64,000 bases of DNA from an uncultured candidate division Zixibacteria bacterium (lineage in GTDB: Bacteria; Zixibacteria; MSB-5A5; GN15; FEB-12): contig CAVTJJ010000004.1 of assembly GCA_963735035.1 (NCBI GenBank), positions 1,567,896-1,631,895 on the forward strand. The letters are read 5' to 3'. The notes beneath the pieces are model-generated. The model ran no database searches. It worked only from the letters and a program-made list of their open reading frames with translations, and was not told where the DNA came from. Numbering within the stretch: the stretch's first letter is position 1; every line of letters starts with the position of its first letter. Shown in pieces: positions 30,930-41,111 of this stretch. Made by a program: the position numbers and the translations under genes.

Positions 30930-32159
30930 ATGAGTGATGAATTTCAATTCGATACGATTCCTCAGGCAATTGATGATATTCGAAACGGAAAATGCATCAT
31001 TGTAGTCGATGACGAAGACCGCGAGAACGAGGGCGATCTGATCATGGCGGCCGAAAAAGCGACGCCGGAGATGATCAATTTCTTCGTTACTCATGGACGC
31101 GGTCTCGTGTGTGTGCCGATGACGGAAGATGACCTGCACCGTCTGGATCTGGATCAAATGGTGCAAAAGAACACCGCGCGTCTGGGGACTCGGTTTACGG
31201 TGTCGGTCGATGCTCTTCATGGAACCACCACCGGCATTTCGGCCCATGACCGGGCGCACACGATTCGGGTGCTGGCCGATTCCGGCAGTCATCCGGGAGA
31301 CCTCGGTCGACCGGGGCACGTCTTTCCACTTAAGGCGCTCTCCGGCGGAGTCTTGACACGCGCCGGGCATACCGAAGCGGCTGCCGATTTGGCGCGCATG
31401 GCCGGATTCCGACCGGTGGGAGTCCTCTGCGAGATCATGGACGACGACGGCTCCATGGCGAGGGTACCTCGATTAGCTCAGTTGGCCAAGACTTTTGGCC
31501 TCAAGCTTATCACGGTCAGGAGCCTGATTGAATATCGTCGCCAGACCGAAAAGCTGGTACATCGGGTGACCACGGTCGATTTCCCGACCCGGTTCGGGGA
31601 ATTCAAGCTGCATCTGTATCATTCCGAGGTTGACGAGCATCACCATTTGGCGATTGAGCGGGGAGATGTGGCCGGCAAGAAGAACGTCCTGGTGCGGGTG
31701 CATTCAAGTTGTCTGACCGGCGACGTGCTTGGCTCGCTCCGTTGTGATTGCGGGCCGCAGCTTCAGGAGGCTTTGCGGTTGATCGACCAAGAAGGGCTGG
31801 GCGTTCTGCTCTACATGCGTCAGGAAGGGCGAGGTATCGGCCTGGCCAACAAGATTCTCGCGTACAGCTTGCAGGACAAAGGCCGCGATACGGTCGAGGC
31901 CAACAACGATCTTGGTTTTGAAGCCGATTTGCGTGATTATGGTGTGGGCGCTCAGATCCTTGCCGATCTTGGTTTGACTTCGATCCGGCTATTGACTAAC
32001 AATCCTCGCAAGGTTGTCGGCTTGAGCGGGTATGGTTTGGAAATTACTGAACGTTTGCCGATTGAAGTGCCGTCGTCTGAGCACTCCTTCAAGTATCTGG
32101 AGACGAAGCGCGATAAATTGGGACATTTGTTGAACTTGCATAATCTTAGAGGTGAGTGA
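30930..32159 (+). CDS. ribBA: DHBP synthase / GTP cyclohydrolase II
   Basis: [27 protein letters not shown]...[14 protein letters not shown]. Confidence 0.97.
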   Translation: MSDEFQFDTIPQAIDDIRNGKCIIVVDDEDRENEGDLIMAAEKATPEMINFFVTHGRGLVCVPMTEDDLHRLDLDQMVQKNTARLGTRFTVSVDALHGTTTGISAHDRAHTIRVLADSGSHPGDLGRPGHVFPLKALSGGVLTRAGHTEAAADLARMAGFRPVGVLCEIMDDDGSMARVPRLAQLAKTFGLKLITVRSLIEYRRQTEKLVHRVTTVDFPTRFGEFKLHLYHSEVDEHHHLAIERGDVAGKKNVLVRVHSSCLTGDVLGSLRCDCGPQLQEALRLIDQEGLGVLLYMRQEGRGIGLANKILAYSLQDKGRDTVEANNDLGFEADLRDYGVGAQILADLGLTSIRLLTNNPRKVVGLSGYGLEITERLPIEVPSSEHSFKYLETKRDKLGHLLNLHNLRGE

Positions 32160-32629
32160 TGACTGCGAAAAGACTCGAGGGAAAGCTTGAGGCCAAAGGG
32201 CTCAAATTCGGTCTGGTAGTGAGTCGATTCAATAACTTCCTGACCGACAAACTGGTCGACGGAGCTATGGATTGTCTGGTTCGCCACGGCGCTTCCGAAG
32301 CCCAGCAGACCGTGGCTTACGTACCCGGTGCGCTGGAGATTCCGGCAGTGGCGGCCCGTCTGGCGGCAGCCGGTAAACTCGATGGCATCATCTGTCTGGG
32401 GGCGGTGGTACGGGGTGACACGCCGCATTTTGAATATGTGGCGTCGGAATCGTCGAAAGGTATCGCCCGTCTGGGACTCGAACGCGACATTCCGGTGATC
32501 TACGGTGTCATTACCGCCGACACGCTGGAGCAGGCGATCGAGCGCGCCGGAACCAAGGCCGGCAACAAGGGGTGGGACGCCGCTGAAGCGGCGATTGAGA
32601 TGGTAAATCTATACCGGGCGATAGGCTAA
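32159..32629 (+). CDS. ribH: 6,7-dimethyl-8-ribityllumazine synthase
   Basis: [28 protein letters not shown]. Confidence 0.97.
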   Translation: MTAKRLEGKLEAKGLKFGLVVSRFNNFLTDKLVDGAMDCLVRHGASEAQQTVAYVPGALEIPAVAARLAAAGKLDGIICLGAVVRGDTPHFEYVASESSKGIARLGLERDIPVIYGVITADTLEQAIERAGTKAGNKGWDAAEAAIEMVNLYRAIG

Positions 32630-32632
32630 GCG

Positions 32633-33058
32633 ATGGAGCGATCACCCCGGAGTCGTGCCCGCGAGCTGGTGCTGCAGGGTCTTTATGCCTTGGAGATCGG
32701 CGGCGGTGAGCCCGAAGATATCGCCAATCGCGTTGTAGTCGACGATGAGCTGGACCTGACCAGCATCAATTTTGCCCGCCATCTATTCAATGAAGTCCTA
32801 CGAAGTCGGGAATGGACCGATCAGACTATCACAAATCTGGCCCACAACTGGCGGCTGGAACGAATTGCGGTTATCGATCAAATCGTCCTACGAATGGCCA
32901 TGACCGAGCTTCGAGTCATGCCCGATGTCCCGGTCAAGGTGGTACTCAACGAAGCTATCGAGCTGGCGAAACAATATTCGACCGCGGAATCGTCCGGTTT
33001 TATCAACGGCATTTTGGATGCTTTCCTGAAGAACGAGACGGGCGCCAGGCCGGTATAA
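32633..33058 (+). CDS. nusB: Transcription antitermination factor NusB
   Basis: RSRARELVLQGLY, NEAIELAK, FINGILD. Confidence 0.95.
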   Translation: MERSPRSRARELVLQGLYALEIGGGEPEDIANRVVVDDELDLTSINFARHLFNEVLRSREWTDQTITNLAHNWRLERIAVIDQIVLRMAMTELRVMPDVPVKVVLNEAIELAKQYSTAESSGFINGILDAFLKNETGARPV

Positions 33059-33183
33059 GGCCGGGTGAAGCCGGAGGTGTGCCGGTTGTACGAGGACGCC
33101 CGGAATAGTGGTTGCTTTTGGATTGATAGAGCCGCTTTTTGATCGGTCTGATTAGATGGGACTAACATGAATGGCGCGGTGTG

Positions 33184-36165
33184 ATGGGTTTACCTAAGAA
33201 GTTTGATCGTGTCAATGCAGCGATTGCAGCCGGGGTCTGGCTGACATCGCTGATTCTTTATGTCAAAACCCAGTCACCGACGCTTTCGTTCTGGGACTGC
33301 GGGGAGTTCATAGCCTGTTCCTATATCCTGGGGATCCCGCATCCGCCGGGCACGCCGACGTACATTCTGTTCGGGCGGCTGGCGTCGATGATTCCGATCT
33401 TCGATGACATCGCTGCCAGGATCAATTTGCTCTCCGGGCTGTGCTCTTCTATCGCCGCTATGTTCGGTTACCTGCTGGGTGTGCGGGTGCTCCGGCAGTG
33501 GTTCCGAAATTCACGCGGTTGGTACAATCGGTTACTGATCTACGCGGGTGCGGCGGCCGGAGCCATGTTTCTCGCCTTCAGCCGGACTCAATGGAATAAC
33601 GGTGTCGAGGCGGAAGTCTACGGGATGTCGATGCTGCTGATGTTCGCCATTGCCTGGCTGACCATGATCTACCTGGAGCATCGCGACTCCCGGTTCGCCA
33701 ACAAGATCATGTTGCTGGCGGTCTATCTGGCGTTTCTTGGCATCGGCGTTCACCTGACGACTCTGCTGATCCTGCCAATCACGATAGTTGCATTTACTCT
33801 AAAGAAAGACACCCCGACAAGATACTGGTTCATACTGGGAGCCTTCTTTGCGGTCGAGCTTTACTTAATCCTGGCGCTGTCTTCGTTCCCCGGGGAAGTG
33901 AAGTACTTCGTCCCTGCCATCATATGCGGCATAGTCTTCATCTTCTACATGCTCTCGTTCGAGCGAATCCCGTGGCAATTGTTGGTCGTGGGGTTGGGGT
34001 TTGTGCTTTCTGCGATTCCCGGAGTGGCCCGGCTGCTGGAGTTCAAGGGTAATGTGTATCACGTTGTCGGAGTGGTGGGTTTCATAGCCTTGATCATATT
34101 TGGTCTGTATCTGATATTCGATCATCTACGCCGAAAGAGGAGCGACATTGAAACGGTAGAGGGCGCCCTGGTAGCGGGCATATTTGTATTGGTGGCGGCG
34201 CTGCTTTCAGGAATCTCCCAGCTCGGACTTCAGAACGGACTCGAAGGGTACCATGTCTTCATGGTGATAACCGTGTTGTTGGGCCTGTCGATCAGCATGT
34301 TCATCTGGCGGTATATCAGCTTGCCGATTCTGGTGGCGATGGTCGGACCATCGATGATTATCCTGGGTGTCAGGGAATTCTTCTGGGGAACGATCATTTC
34401 GGCTGGTGTGGTAATAGTGCTGGGTCTGGTGTGGAAAGTTTCAGGATGGCGCACCGCCCTCTTTATCATTGTCATGGCGGCCGCCGGATATTCCACACAC
34501 CTGTTCCCGCCGATCAGGTCGGCGATGAAGCCGTATATCAACGAGAATAATCCGTCCAGTTCACTTCAGGCGACCATAGATTTCTACGAACGCAAGCAGT
34601 ACGGTTCGCAGTCGATGACCGAGCGGATGTTCAAACGTCGGGGGGAATGGGAGAACCAATTCGGCGAACAGATCCGGATGGGTTTCTGGGGATTCTTCGA
34701 AGATCAGTACGGTTTCCCAGACAAGGGCTTTGTGGTCGCAGCTATTCTCGGGTTGTTGGGCATATGGGAGGCGTGCCGTCGCAGGCCGGAAATGGGGGTG
34801 TACCTGACGGTCTTGCTCCTTGTCACTACGGTGGGGCTGGTCTTATACATGAATTTTGCCGATGGGGCCCGGCAGACACCCTATGATGCCTGGCTGGAGG
34901 TCAGGGACCGGGATTACTTCTTCACTCCGGGGTTTATGCTCTTTGGGTTGCTAATGGGGATGGGCATTACGGCGCTCGTACAACTGGTGTGCGAATTCAC
35001 GAGGTACTTCACTCCAATCGCCCGGAAGCTCATCTGGTATACTATCCCGGTGTTATTCTTGCTTCCAGTCCAGACCGTGGCGGACAACTACTTCTATTGT
35101 GATCGTTCCCGAAATCATATCGCCTACGATTATGCATGGAACATTCTTCAGTCGTGTGAACCGAATGCAGTATTGCTGACTTATGGCGACAACGATACTT
35201 TCCCACTCTGGTGCATGCAGGAGGTCTTCGGAGTACGTCGAGACGTAAAGACCGTTTGTTGCGCCCTGGCCAACGGTACCTGGTATATCAAACAAGTGCG
35301 CGACTATATGGGCTTGGATATCGGCTGGAGTGATCAGGAGATCGATGACCTTCGCCCCTATCGCACCAAAGATGGCAAGACTTTCCGCCTTCAGGATATG
35401 GTGGCGGATGCCATTATGGCCCGCAATGCTTCCAAACGGCCGATTCATTTCTCTCTGTTGGCCAATCCCGGTTCCCGTCGTTACGACGGTGTACAGATCG
35501 ACAGTCTTCTGGAGATGAACGGCCTGACTTACCACCTCACCGGCACGCCGGTCAAAGAGGGGATAAGGGTGAATGTAGAGAGCAATACTGACTTGATGAT
35601 TAAGTCCGGCAAGCTCAAGTACGAAGGTTGGACCGATCCAGGGGTTTTCCGTGATGAAATGACCGAGCGCTCTGTCGCCGGAGTGGCGGATCGCTTCATG
35701 GCTCTGGCGGAAGCACTCATAAAGGAAAGCCGCTGGAAAGAGGCTTCGGACGTGCTGGAGTTTGCAGCCGATTCGGTCTATAAGAATCAGGACGCTATCG
35801 AGACCCTCATGTCGGTGGTGGCCGAAACGGGCGACACGGCCCGTCTCTATGCCATCATGCGGGAATATCCGGGAGCGGACTCCCAGATGACGGCGAGGAT
35901 CATGTCTCGCGCTTTCCAACGCGTCGGGAACGGCGCCGGTGCCAGGGAAGCCCTTCTGCAATTGATCGAGAAATATCCGAAAAATCGAGAGGCCCTCGAT
36001 GAACTGATGAAGCTGTACATCGCCGATAAAGATGTCGCGGCGATGATCAGTGTTCTCGAAACATGGATGCAGAACAACCCTAATGACAAAGAAGTGGCCG
36101 GCGCTCTTGCAGAGCTGAAGAAACAGTTGGAGCAGGTGCGACCCAAGGGGGACACTACCCCGTGA
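33184..36165 (+). CDS. DUF2723 (TMEM260-like GT-C) membrane protein with C-terminal TPR-like region
   Basis: FWDCGEF...GIPHPPGTP, EAEVY, VRDRDYFF, GDNDTFPLW; many TMs. Confidence 0.85.
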   Translation: MGLPKKFDRVNAAIAAGVWLTSLILYVKTQSPTLSFWDCGEFIACSYILGIPHPPGTPTYILFGRLASMIPIFDDIAARINLLSGLCSSIAAMFGYLLGVRVLRQWFRNSRGWYNRLLIYAGAAAGAMFLAFSRTQWNNGVEAEVYGMSMLLMFAIAWLTMIYLEHRDSRFANKIMLLAVYLAFLGIGVHLTTLLILPITIVAFTLKKDTPTRYWFILGAFFAVELYLILALSSFPGEVKYFVPAIICGIVFIFYMLSFERIPWQLLVVGLGFVLSAIPGVARLLEFKGNVYHVVGVVGFIALIIFGLYLIFDHLRRKRSDIETVEGALVAGIFVLVAALLSGISQLGLQNGLEGYHVFMVITVLLGLSISMFIWRYISLPILVAMVGPSMIILGVREFFWGTIISAGVVIVLGLVWKVSGWRTALFIIVMAAAGYSTHLFPPIRSAMKPYINENNPSSSLQATIDFYERKQYGSQSMTERMFKRRGEWENQFGEQIRMGFWGFFEDQYGFPDKGFVVAAILGLLGIWEACRRRPEMGVYLTVLLLVTTVGLVLYMNFADGARQTPYDAWLEVRDRDYFFTPGFMLFGLLMGMGITALVQLVCEFTRYFTPIARKLIWYTIPVLFLLPVQTVADNYFYCDRSRNHIAYDYAWNILQSCEPNAVLLTYGDNDTFPLWCMQEVFGVRRDVKTVCCALANGTWYIKQVRDYMGLDIGWSDQEIDDLRPYRTKDGKTFRLQDMVADAIMARNASKRPIHFSLLANPGSRRYDGVQIDSLLEMNGLTYHLTGTPVKEGIRVNVESNTDLMIKSGKLKYEGWTDPGVFRDEMTERSVAGVADRFMALAEALIKESRWKEASDVLEFAADSVYKNQDAIETLMSVVAETGDTARLYAIMREYPGADSQMTARIMSRAFQRVGNGAGAREALLQLIEKYPKNREALDELMKLYIADKDVAAMISVLETWMQNNPNDKEVAGALAELKKQLEQVRPKGDTTP

Positions 36166-37277
36166 ACCTCCTGGTTCTGAACTGGAATGATCTGAAGAAC
36201 CCGTATGCGGGAGGCGCCGAAGTACATCTGGAAGAACTGCTTCGACGATTGGTGGCCAGAGGACACAAGGCCACTTTGTTGTGCTCCGGCTGGCCCGGCT
36301 GCGAACGGGAAGAAACCATTCAGGGGATTCGTGTCATCCGGTGCGGCAATCGTTACACCTTCAATCTGGTGGCCCCGTCCCATCTAAGGCGTTTGGCCCG
36401 TAAATCGCACTACGACCTTCTAATTGAGGACATCAACAAGATTCCGTTCTATACGCCGCTTTATCTGAAGATGAAACGACTAGTGGTCATCCCGCACCTG
36501 TTTGCGACCACTGTCTTTCACGAGATCAACTTCCTTCTTGGCACCTATATATTCCTGGCCGAAAGGCCGCTGGTGACCGTATATCGTGATTGTCATTTCA
36601 ACGTTATTTCAGAGTCGACTGCTGACGATATCGCGGCACGCGGCGTGCACCGGGAGAACATATCGGTCATTCATTGCGGAATCGATCGTGCTCAGTACTT
36701 TCGTGACGCGTCGGTCACCAAGTACGAACAGCCGACAATCTTGTATCTTGGCCGTGTGAAGAAATACAAGTCGATTCAACATTTGATCCTGGCCTTGATG
36801 AAGATCCGGGCCCTGGTGCCAAACGCCCGTCTTATGATAGTTGGATCAGGTGACTATCTCGATAGCTTAAAGAGTCTTGTCAGAAGCCTTGACTTGACCG
36901 ATGCGGTGGAATTCCCGGGTTACGTTTCGGCTGCCGAAAAGGTGGAGCGGATGCGGCGCGCGCACGTAGCGGTGCTGCCGTCGCTCAAAGAGGGTTGGGG
37001 TCTGACCAACATCGAGGCCAACGCCTGCGGCACTGTGGTGGTTGCGGCCCGTACTCCGGGACTCAAGGATTCGGTCAAGGATGGTGAGTCGGGATTTCTT
37101 TACGAGTACGGTAACACCGGCGAACTGGCCGACAAGATAATCTCGCTCCTGACTGACCAGCCGCTGCGCCAGCGGCTCGAATGCGGGGGAATAGCCTGGT
37201 CGGATCGTTTCAGTTGGGACAACGCGGCTGTCGAGTTCGAGAAGCTGTTGCTTCATATTACGGGAGAGCCGGCGTGA
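36162..37277 (+). CDS. Glycosyltransferase family 4
   Basis: GGAE, GRVKKYK, PSLKEGWGLTNIEANACG. Confidence 0.92.
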   Translation: MNLLVLNWNDLKNPYAGGAEVHLEELLRRLVARGHKATLLCSGWPGCEREETIQGIRVIRCGNRYTFNLVAPSHLRRLARKSHYDLLIEDINKIPFYTPLYLKMKRLVVIPHLFATTVFHEINFLLGTYIFLAERPLVTVYRDCHFNVISESTADDIAARGVHRENISVIHCGIDRAQYFRDASVTKYEQPTILYLGRVKKYKSIQHLILALMKIRALVPNARLMIVGSGDYLDSLKSLVRSLDLTDAVEFPGYVSAAEKVERMRRAHVAVLPSLKEGWGLTNIEANACGTVVVAARTPGLKDSVKDGESGFLYEYGNTGELADKIISLLTDQPLRQRLECGGIAWSDRFSWDNAAVEFEKLLLHITGEPA

Positions 37278-38290
37278 CCATAGCGCAGCGAAGAATCTTG
37301 TCGGTCGGGGCGGGGATTGTCATTTCAGTGGCCTCCATCTGGGTGCTGTTTCGTAATATCGATTTCAGTTCGCTGCTGGTGTCTTTGCGCCAGGCCAATT
37401 ATTGGTGGCTGATTCCGAATATCCTCATGGTCATGTTCGCCATGCCACAGCGAGCCTATCGGTGGAAGTTCATGATCCGCCCGGTGAAGGACGTTCCGTT
37501 CAGAAAGCTAATGGCGGCGACCTGTATCGGTTTCATGGCTAACAACGTTCTGCCGCTTCGCCTCGGTGAGTTTGTGCGGGCCTATTCGCTTTCGTATCAG
37601 GATCGCGATGTGAGCAAGTCGGCGTCACTGGCGACAATTTTCGTCGAACGAATGGTGTTCGATCTGGTGGCGCTGCTCATGATTTTCGGAGTCGTGGTGG
37701 AAGTCTCGACCATCAATATCCCCGAGGAGATGAAGCTAGGCATCTGGCTGGCCATATTGGTAGCTCTGTTCGGACTCTTGCTCGTATTGTATCTGGCTCT
37801 GAGGCCGACCCAGGCGGGCGAATTGATGGCCCGGTATCTGTTCTTCTTGCCGGAACGCGCCAAGGTAAGCGTGAAGTCGGTCGTGATCCGCTTCTCGACG
37901 GGTCTGGAGTTCATGGTGCATTTGCGTGATGCCAGTTGGGTGGGTTTTCAGACCATTCTCGTTTGGCTGTTCATGGGGGCATCCAACTACTTTGTCTTTC
38001 TGGCATTTGGATTTGATCTGCCCCTTGAGGCGTCGTATTTCCTCCTGGTTGTTGTGTCCATATCGATATTGGTGCCGTCGTCACCCGGCTTTGTGGGGGT
38101 GTACCACGCCGGTACGGTATTCACATTGACACAGTACGGGATCGGTAAGGAAGATGCCCTGTCGTTTGCGCTGGTGCTTCACGCGGCTCAGTATATCCCC
38201 ATAACACTCATGGGGTTCTACTATCTCAAGAAAGAGCATTTGTCGCTGAAGCAGCTCGAACGCGAAGCCAACGAGCCGGGAAACGGCTGA
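37274..38290 (+). CDS. Lysylphosphatidylglycerol synthase TM-domain / putative flippase
   Basis: RAYRW, NNVLPLRLGEFVRA, ERMVFD, PSSPGFVGVY. Confidence 0.85.
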   Translation: MTIAQRRILSVGAGIVISVASIWVLFRNIDFSSLLVSLRQANYWWLIPNILMVMFAMPQRAYRWKFMIRPVKDVPFRKLMAATCIGFMANNVLPLRLGEFVRAYSLSYQDRDVSKSASLATIFVERMVFDLVALLMIFGVVVEVSTINIPEEMKLGIWLAILVALFGLLLVLYLALRPTQAGELMARYLFFLPERAKVSVKSVVIRFSTGLEFMVHLRDASWVGFQTILVWLFMGASNYFVFLAFGFDLPLEASYFLLVVVSISILVPSSPGFVGVYHAGTVFTLTQYGIGKEDALSFALVLHAAQYIPITLMGFYYLKKEHLSLKQLEREANEPGNG

Positions 38291-38369
38291 TCTTAGGCGC
38301 TTTCTCCAAGTTCAAACTTGACCTGCTCTCTGAGCTCCGATATCGTCCACACGGAGCTTGTCTTATCAT

Positions 38370-38933
38370 ATGAAGAAGATCTTAGTCGGCATATTTCTAG
38401 TCGCGGTGTTAGCCGCCGTGGTATATCTGCAAATTTCTCGTGATGCTGAGAAGCGGAGCACTGCTTATCGCCAGGGGTATCGCACCGGCGTGGACAGCTT
38501 GAAAAACAATCAGCCTGACTTTGATTCGGTGACTCAGTTGCTGGACCGGGAGCGTCGTGCGCTCGCCGTATACAAAGCGGCCATGGCCGACACTCTTTCG
38601 ACCCGCGATTCGCTCTACGATTGTACGGTTGATTCTCTTTCCGAGAAGATCGAAGCCCAGAGAGCTGATATTGGCAAGCTCAAGCAGAAATCATTGGCGA
38701 GCAAATCGCCCGCTACCACTGAGAACGGCCCCAAGAACGGTCAGAATAACCTGGCCAGCCATCGGGACATCCTCGCTCACTATAAGATGGCGATGGCCAA
38801 ACTCCCGGCCGATCTTTCTCCATACGAGTACCAGGTAGCTGTCACCGAGGTCAGGACTGAAACTGCCGCGAAATTCAGCATTACGGTCGATCGTCTCAAC
38901 GAGATCCGGAAGGCTAACAACATCGATTTTTGA
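38370..38933 (+). CDS. Hypothetical membrane-anchored coiled-coil protein
   Basis: N-terminal TM then helical body; TTGACC-N17-TATCGT upstream. Confidence 0.6.
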   Translation: MKKILVGIFLVAVLAAVVYLQISRDAEKRSTAYRQGYRTGVDSLKNNQPDFDSVTQLLDRERRALAVYKAAMADTLSTRDSLYDCTVDSLSEKIEAQRADIGKLKQKSLASKSPATTENGPKNGQNNLASHRDILAHYKMAMAKLPADLSPYEYQVAVTEVRTETAAKFSITVDRLNEIRKANNIDF

Positions 38934-38948
38934 GAAACGGCCTGGGAC

Positions 38949-39266
38949 ATGGGCGGGCGCAAGGAATACGAATTCGCGGAATTGCCGGTCGATAAGCTAA
39001 TCCTTGAGTCATTTGCCGAGGCTCAGTCGGCTTACCACAAGAGCGAAGGGGAACAGGGAGGGAAGGATCCGCTTCTGCGATTCAAGCAAAAGTTGATGTG
39101 GCATGTGAGTCACTCGCTGTCGGAGCGACAGCAGCAGGTCATCCGGGCCTTTCTGGCGGGACGTCGGGAGAGGGATACGGCGCTGGAATTGGGGATCACT
39201 CAGCAGGTGGTGAATATTTATAAGCATCGGGCCATCAAGAAATTACACAAACTGCTCACGACTTAG
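38949..39266 (+). CDS. Stand-alone sigma-70 region 4 (HTH) protein
   Basis: LSERQQQVI...RDTALELGITQQVVNIYKHRAIKKL; no region 2. Confidence 0.75.
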   Translation: MGGRKEYEFAELPVDKLILESFAEAQSAYHKSEGEQGGKDPLLRFKQKLMWHVSHSLSERQQQVIRAFLAGRRERDTALELGITQQVVNIYKHRAIKKLHKLLTT

Positions 39267-39449
39267 GTGTATGTCAAAACACCTATTATATAGAGGCTAG
39301 GGCCTCAAGGTTGGCTGGAGTTTGTTCCAGTGCGAAGGGACGCTGGAGCGAGGGGTTTTTTATAGGACTATAGCGACCCTGTCACGGTCAAGGCTGCTAA
39401 GAGTAACTAACTGCGGCGGCAAATGACCTAACTGATAGGGAAGAGTGCT

Positions 39450-39623
39450 ATGCCAAAGAGAAAAGAACCTGTCAAGTACGCCATCCTTGGCCCGAAGAAC
39501 TGCTGGCACATTTACGGTCTGCAGGTACTGACGCCCAAGAAGTTCGCCGATGTAGTCGGCGAGATTCTTAAGGGGCATCATAGTCTGGTGAGAACCAGAG
39601 TACCTGATCAGCCGATTATCTGA
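39450..39623 (+). CDS. Small hypothetical protein, 57 aa (not in ORF track)
   Basis: Purine-rich AGGGAAGAG before ATG; MPKRKEPVKYAILGPKNCWHIYGLQVLTPKKFADVVGEILKGHHSLVRTRVPDQPII*. Confidence 0.5.
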   Translation: MPKRKEPVKYAILGPKNCWHIYGLQVLTPKKFADVVGEILKGHHSLVRTRVPDQPII

Positions 39624-39746
39624 GCCGACGCGGTCCCGAGAAGTCAACTAGTCCGACAGCCCCGCCGCTGTCATGTTGTGGTTTCCGTATAAGTGACGGA
39701 AAGCCGATGCGCTTCCGTCTCTTTTCTTGTCAACCATCTATTTTCC

Positions 39747-39776
39747 TTGACACTTTTCCAAGAGTGCTGGTATAGT
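39747..39776 (+). promoter_or_regulatory. Sigma-70 promoter, probably leaderless transcript
   Basis: TTGACA-N18-TATAGT, ATG 7 nt downstream. Confidence 0.55.
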
Positions 39777-39783
39777 CGCCCCC

Positions 39784-40515
39784 ATGTACTCTGATCTGGT
39801 GCTTTACAGCACCGTGATATTCTTTACAACCTTCCTCGGCGGGTTGGTGACTCTGCTCTGGCAATGGTCGGAAGAACGCCTGCACCTCTTCCTGTCATTT
39901 GGAGCGGGCGTCTTTCTGGGGGCCGTCTTCTATCATCTCCTGCCCGAGGTCATGCGGGACGGCAACCCCCAAGTGGCAGGATTGTTCGTTCTTACCGGTT
40001 ATCTGCTGATCTTTTTCTTCGAGCGCATCCTGCTTCACGGGGGCAAAGGTCAGCACGGGCATAGCCACCTGGTCGTATCGGTAACGGCCCTGATTGGCCT
40101 GTCGGTCCACGAACTTGTAGAGGGGATCGGGCTGGCTATGGTAATGCCCGACAGGGAGTTGACCAAAGTCCTCTTCTATTCGATCATAGCCCACAAAGTG
40201 CCGGCGGCTTTCAGCTTGGTGTCGCTCATGGTTCTGGCAGGTCAGCCACGTAGACGAATCTGGCTCAATCTGGCGCTGTTCTCTGCTATCGGTCCTTTCG
40301 GAACTCTGGTGCTCGGGCCGATTCTCGGCGGCGGTCTGGGAAGTCCGCTCTGGCAGATAACCGGAATCGTGACCGGATCATTCCTATATGTTGCCACGGC
40401 TGATCTTCTGCCGGAAGTATTTCATACTCGCGAACGTCGCTGGGTGAGTCTGGTTTTGATGATCTCCGGTATAATCCTCATGAGTTTGTTGGGCGGCGGG
40501 GCAGAGGCCCATTGA
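39784..40515 (+). CDS. ZIP family metal transporter
   Basis: FGAGVFL...HLLPE, HGHSH loop, HELVEG, AHKVPA, GSFLYVATADLLPE. Confidence 0.92.
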   Translation: MYSDLVLYSTVIFFTTFLGGLVTLLWQWSEERLHLFLSFGAGVFLGAVFYHLLPEVMRDGNPQVAGLFVLTGYLLIFFFERILLHGGKGQHGHSHLVVSVTALIGLSVHELVEGIGLAMVMPDRELTKVLFYSIIAHKVPAAFSLVSLMVLAGQPRRRIWLNLALFSAIGPFGTLVLGPILGGGLGSPLWQITGIVTGSFLYVATADLLPEVFHTRERRWVSLVLMISGIILMSLLGGGAEAH

Positions 40516-40592
40516 TCGCCGGATTGGCCAAGATACCGAGTAACCCACGTCTATTTTGAGGCGTCAGGAAGAGTGAGGATGAAATCTTAGTT

Positions 40593-41111
40593 ATGACCCT
40601 GAAACAGTTTGTTCTCTTGGCCGTGCTGGCTGCAGCGGTCGCGATGGCTGTCAACGTTGTTTCCCCCAACCGCATCGACTTGATCGGCAAGTACCGGTCG
40701 CTGTCGTCGGGCGAAGGGCCGATTGTCCCGCCCACGGCTCAGGCGGGCGATCCGCCGTTTATTGACATCAATCAGGCGCAGATGGAATTCGAACTCGGCC
40801 AGGCGAAGTTCGTCGATGCCCGCAATCCGGAGGAGTTTGTTTGCGGGACTATCCCAGGTTCAGTCAACATTCCTTTTGAGAATCTCCCCGAAGGTGAGCT
40901 CGGGAAGTATTTCGACTCAGCCCTGGCCATGGGATCTCGCGACCGAGAGATCATTACATTTTGCAGCGGCGAGGAATGTGATCTGTCGCTGCAGCTCGCC
41001 CGGAACTTCAAGTACTACGGATTCACTAATGTGTTAATCTTTTTCGGCGGCGCACGGGAGTGGGAGAAGTCCGGTCTTCAGATGGAGAGGCGAAGCGAAT
41101 GCGGAAAGTAA
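40593..41111 (+). CDS. Membrane-anchored rhodanese-like protein
   Basis: FVDAR...GTIPGSVNIP...TFCSGEEC...GGAREW. Confidence 0.85.
   Translation: MTLKQFVLLAVLAAAVAMAVNVVSPNRIDLIGKYRSLSSGEGPIVPPTAQAGDPPFIDINQAQMEFELGQAKFVDARNPEEFVCGTIPGSVNIPFENLPEGELGKYFDSALAMGSRDREIITFCSGEECDLSLQLARNFKYYGFTNVLIFFGGAREWEKSGLQMERRSECGK

Noticed and set aside
38318..38346. TCCGATAT as another sigma-28 -10 box
   Set aside because: No matching -35; better explained as TTGACC-N17-TATCGT sigma-70.
39395..39440. TAACTGCGGCGGCAAATGAC resembling a tmRNA resume region
   Set aside because: No tRNA-like 5'/3' ends and no Ala-terminated tag peptide.
39747..39770. CIRCE-like TTGACACTT...GAGTGCTGG
   Set aside because: Spacer is 6 nt, not 9; it coincides with an ordinary sigma-70 promoter.
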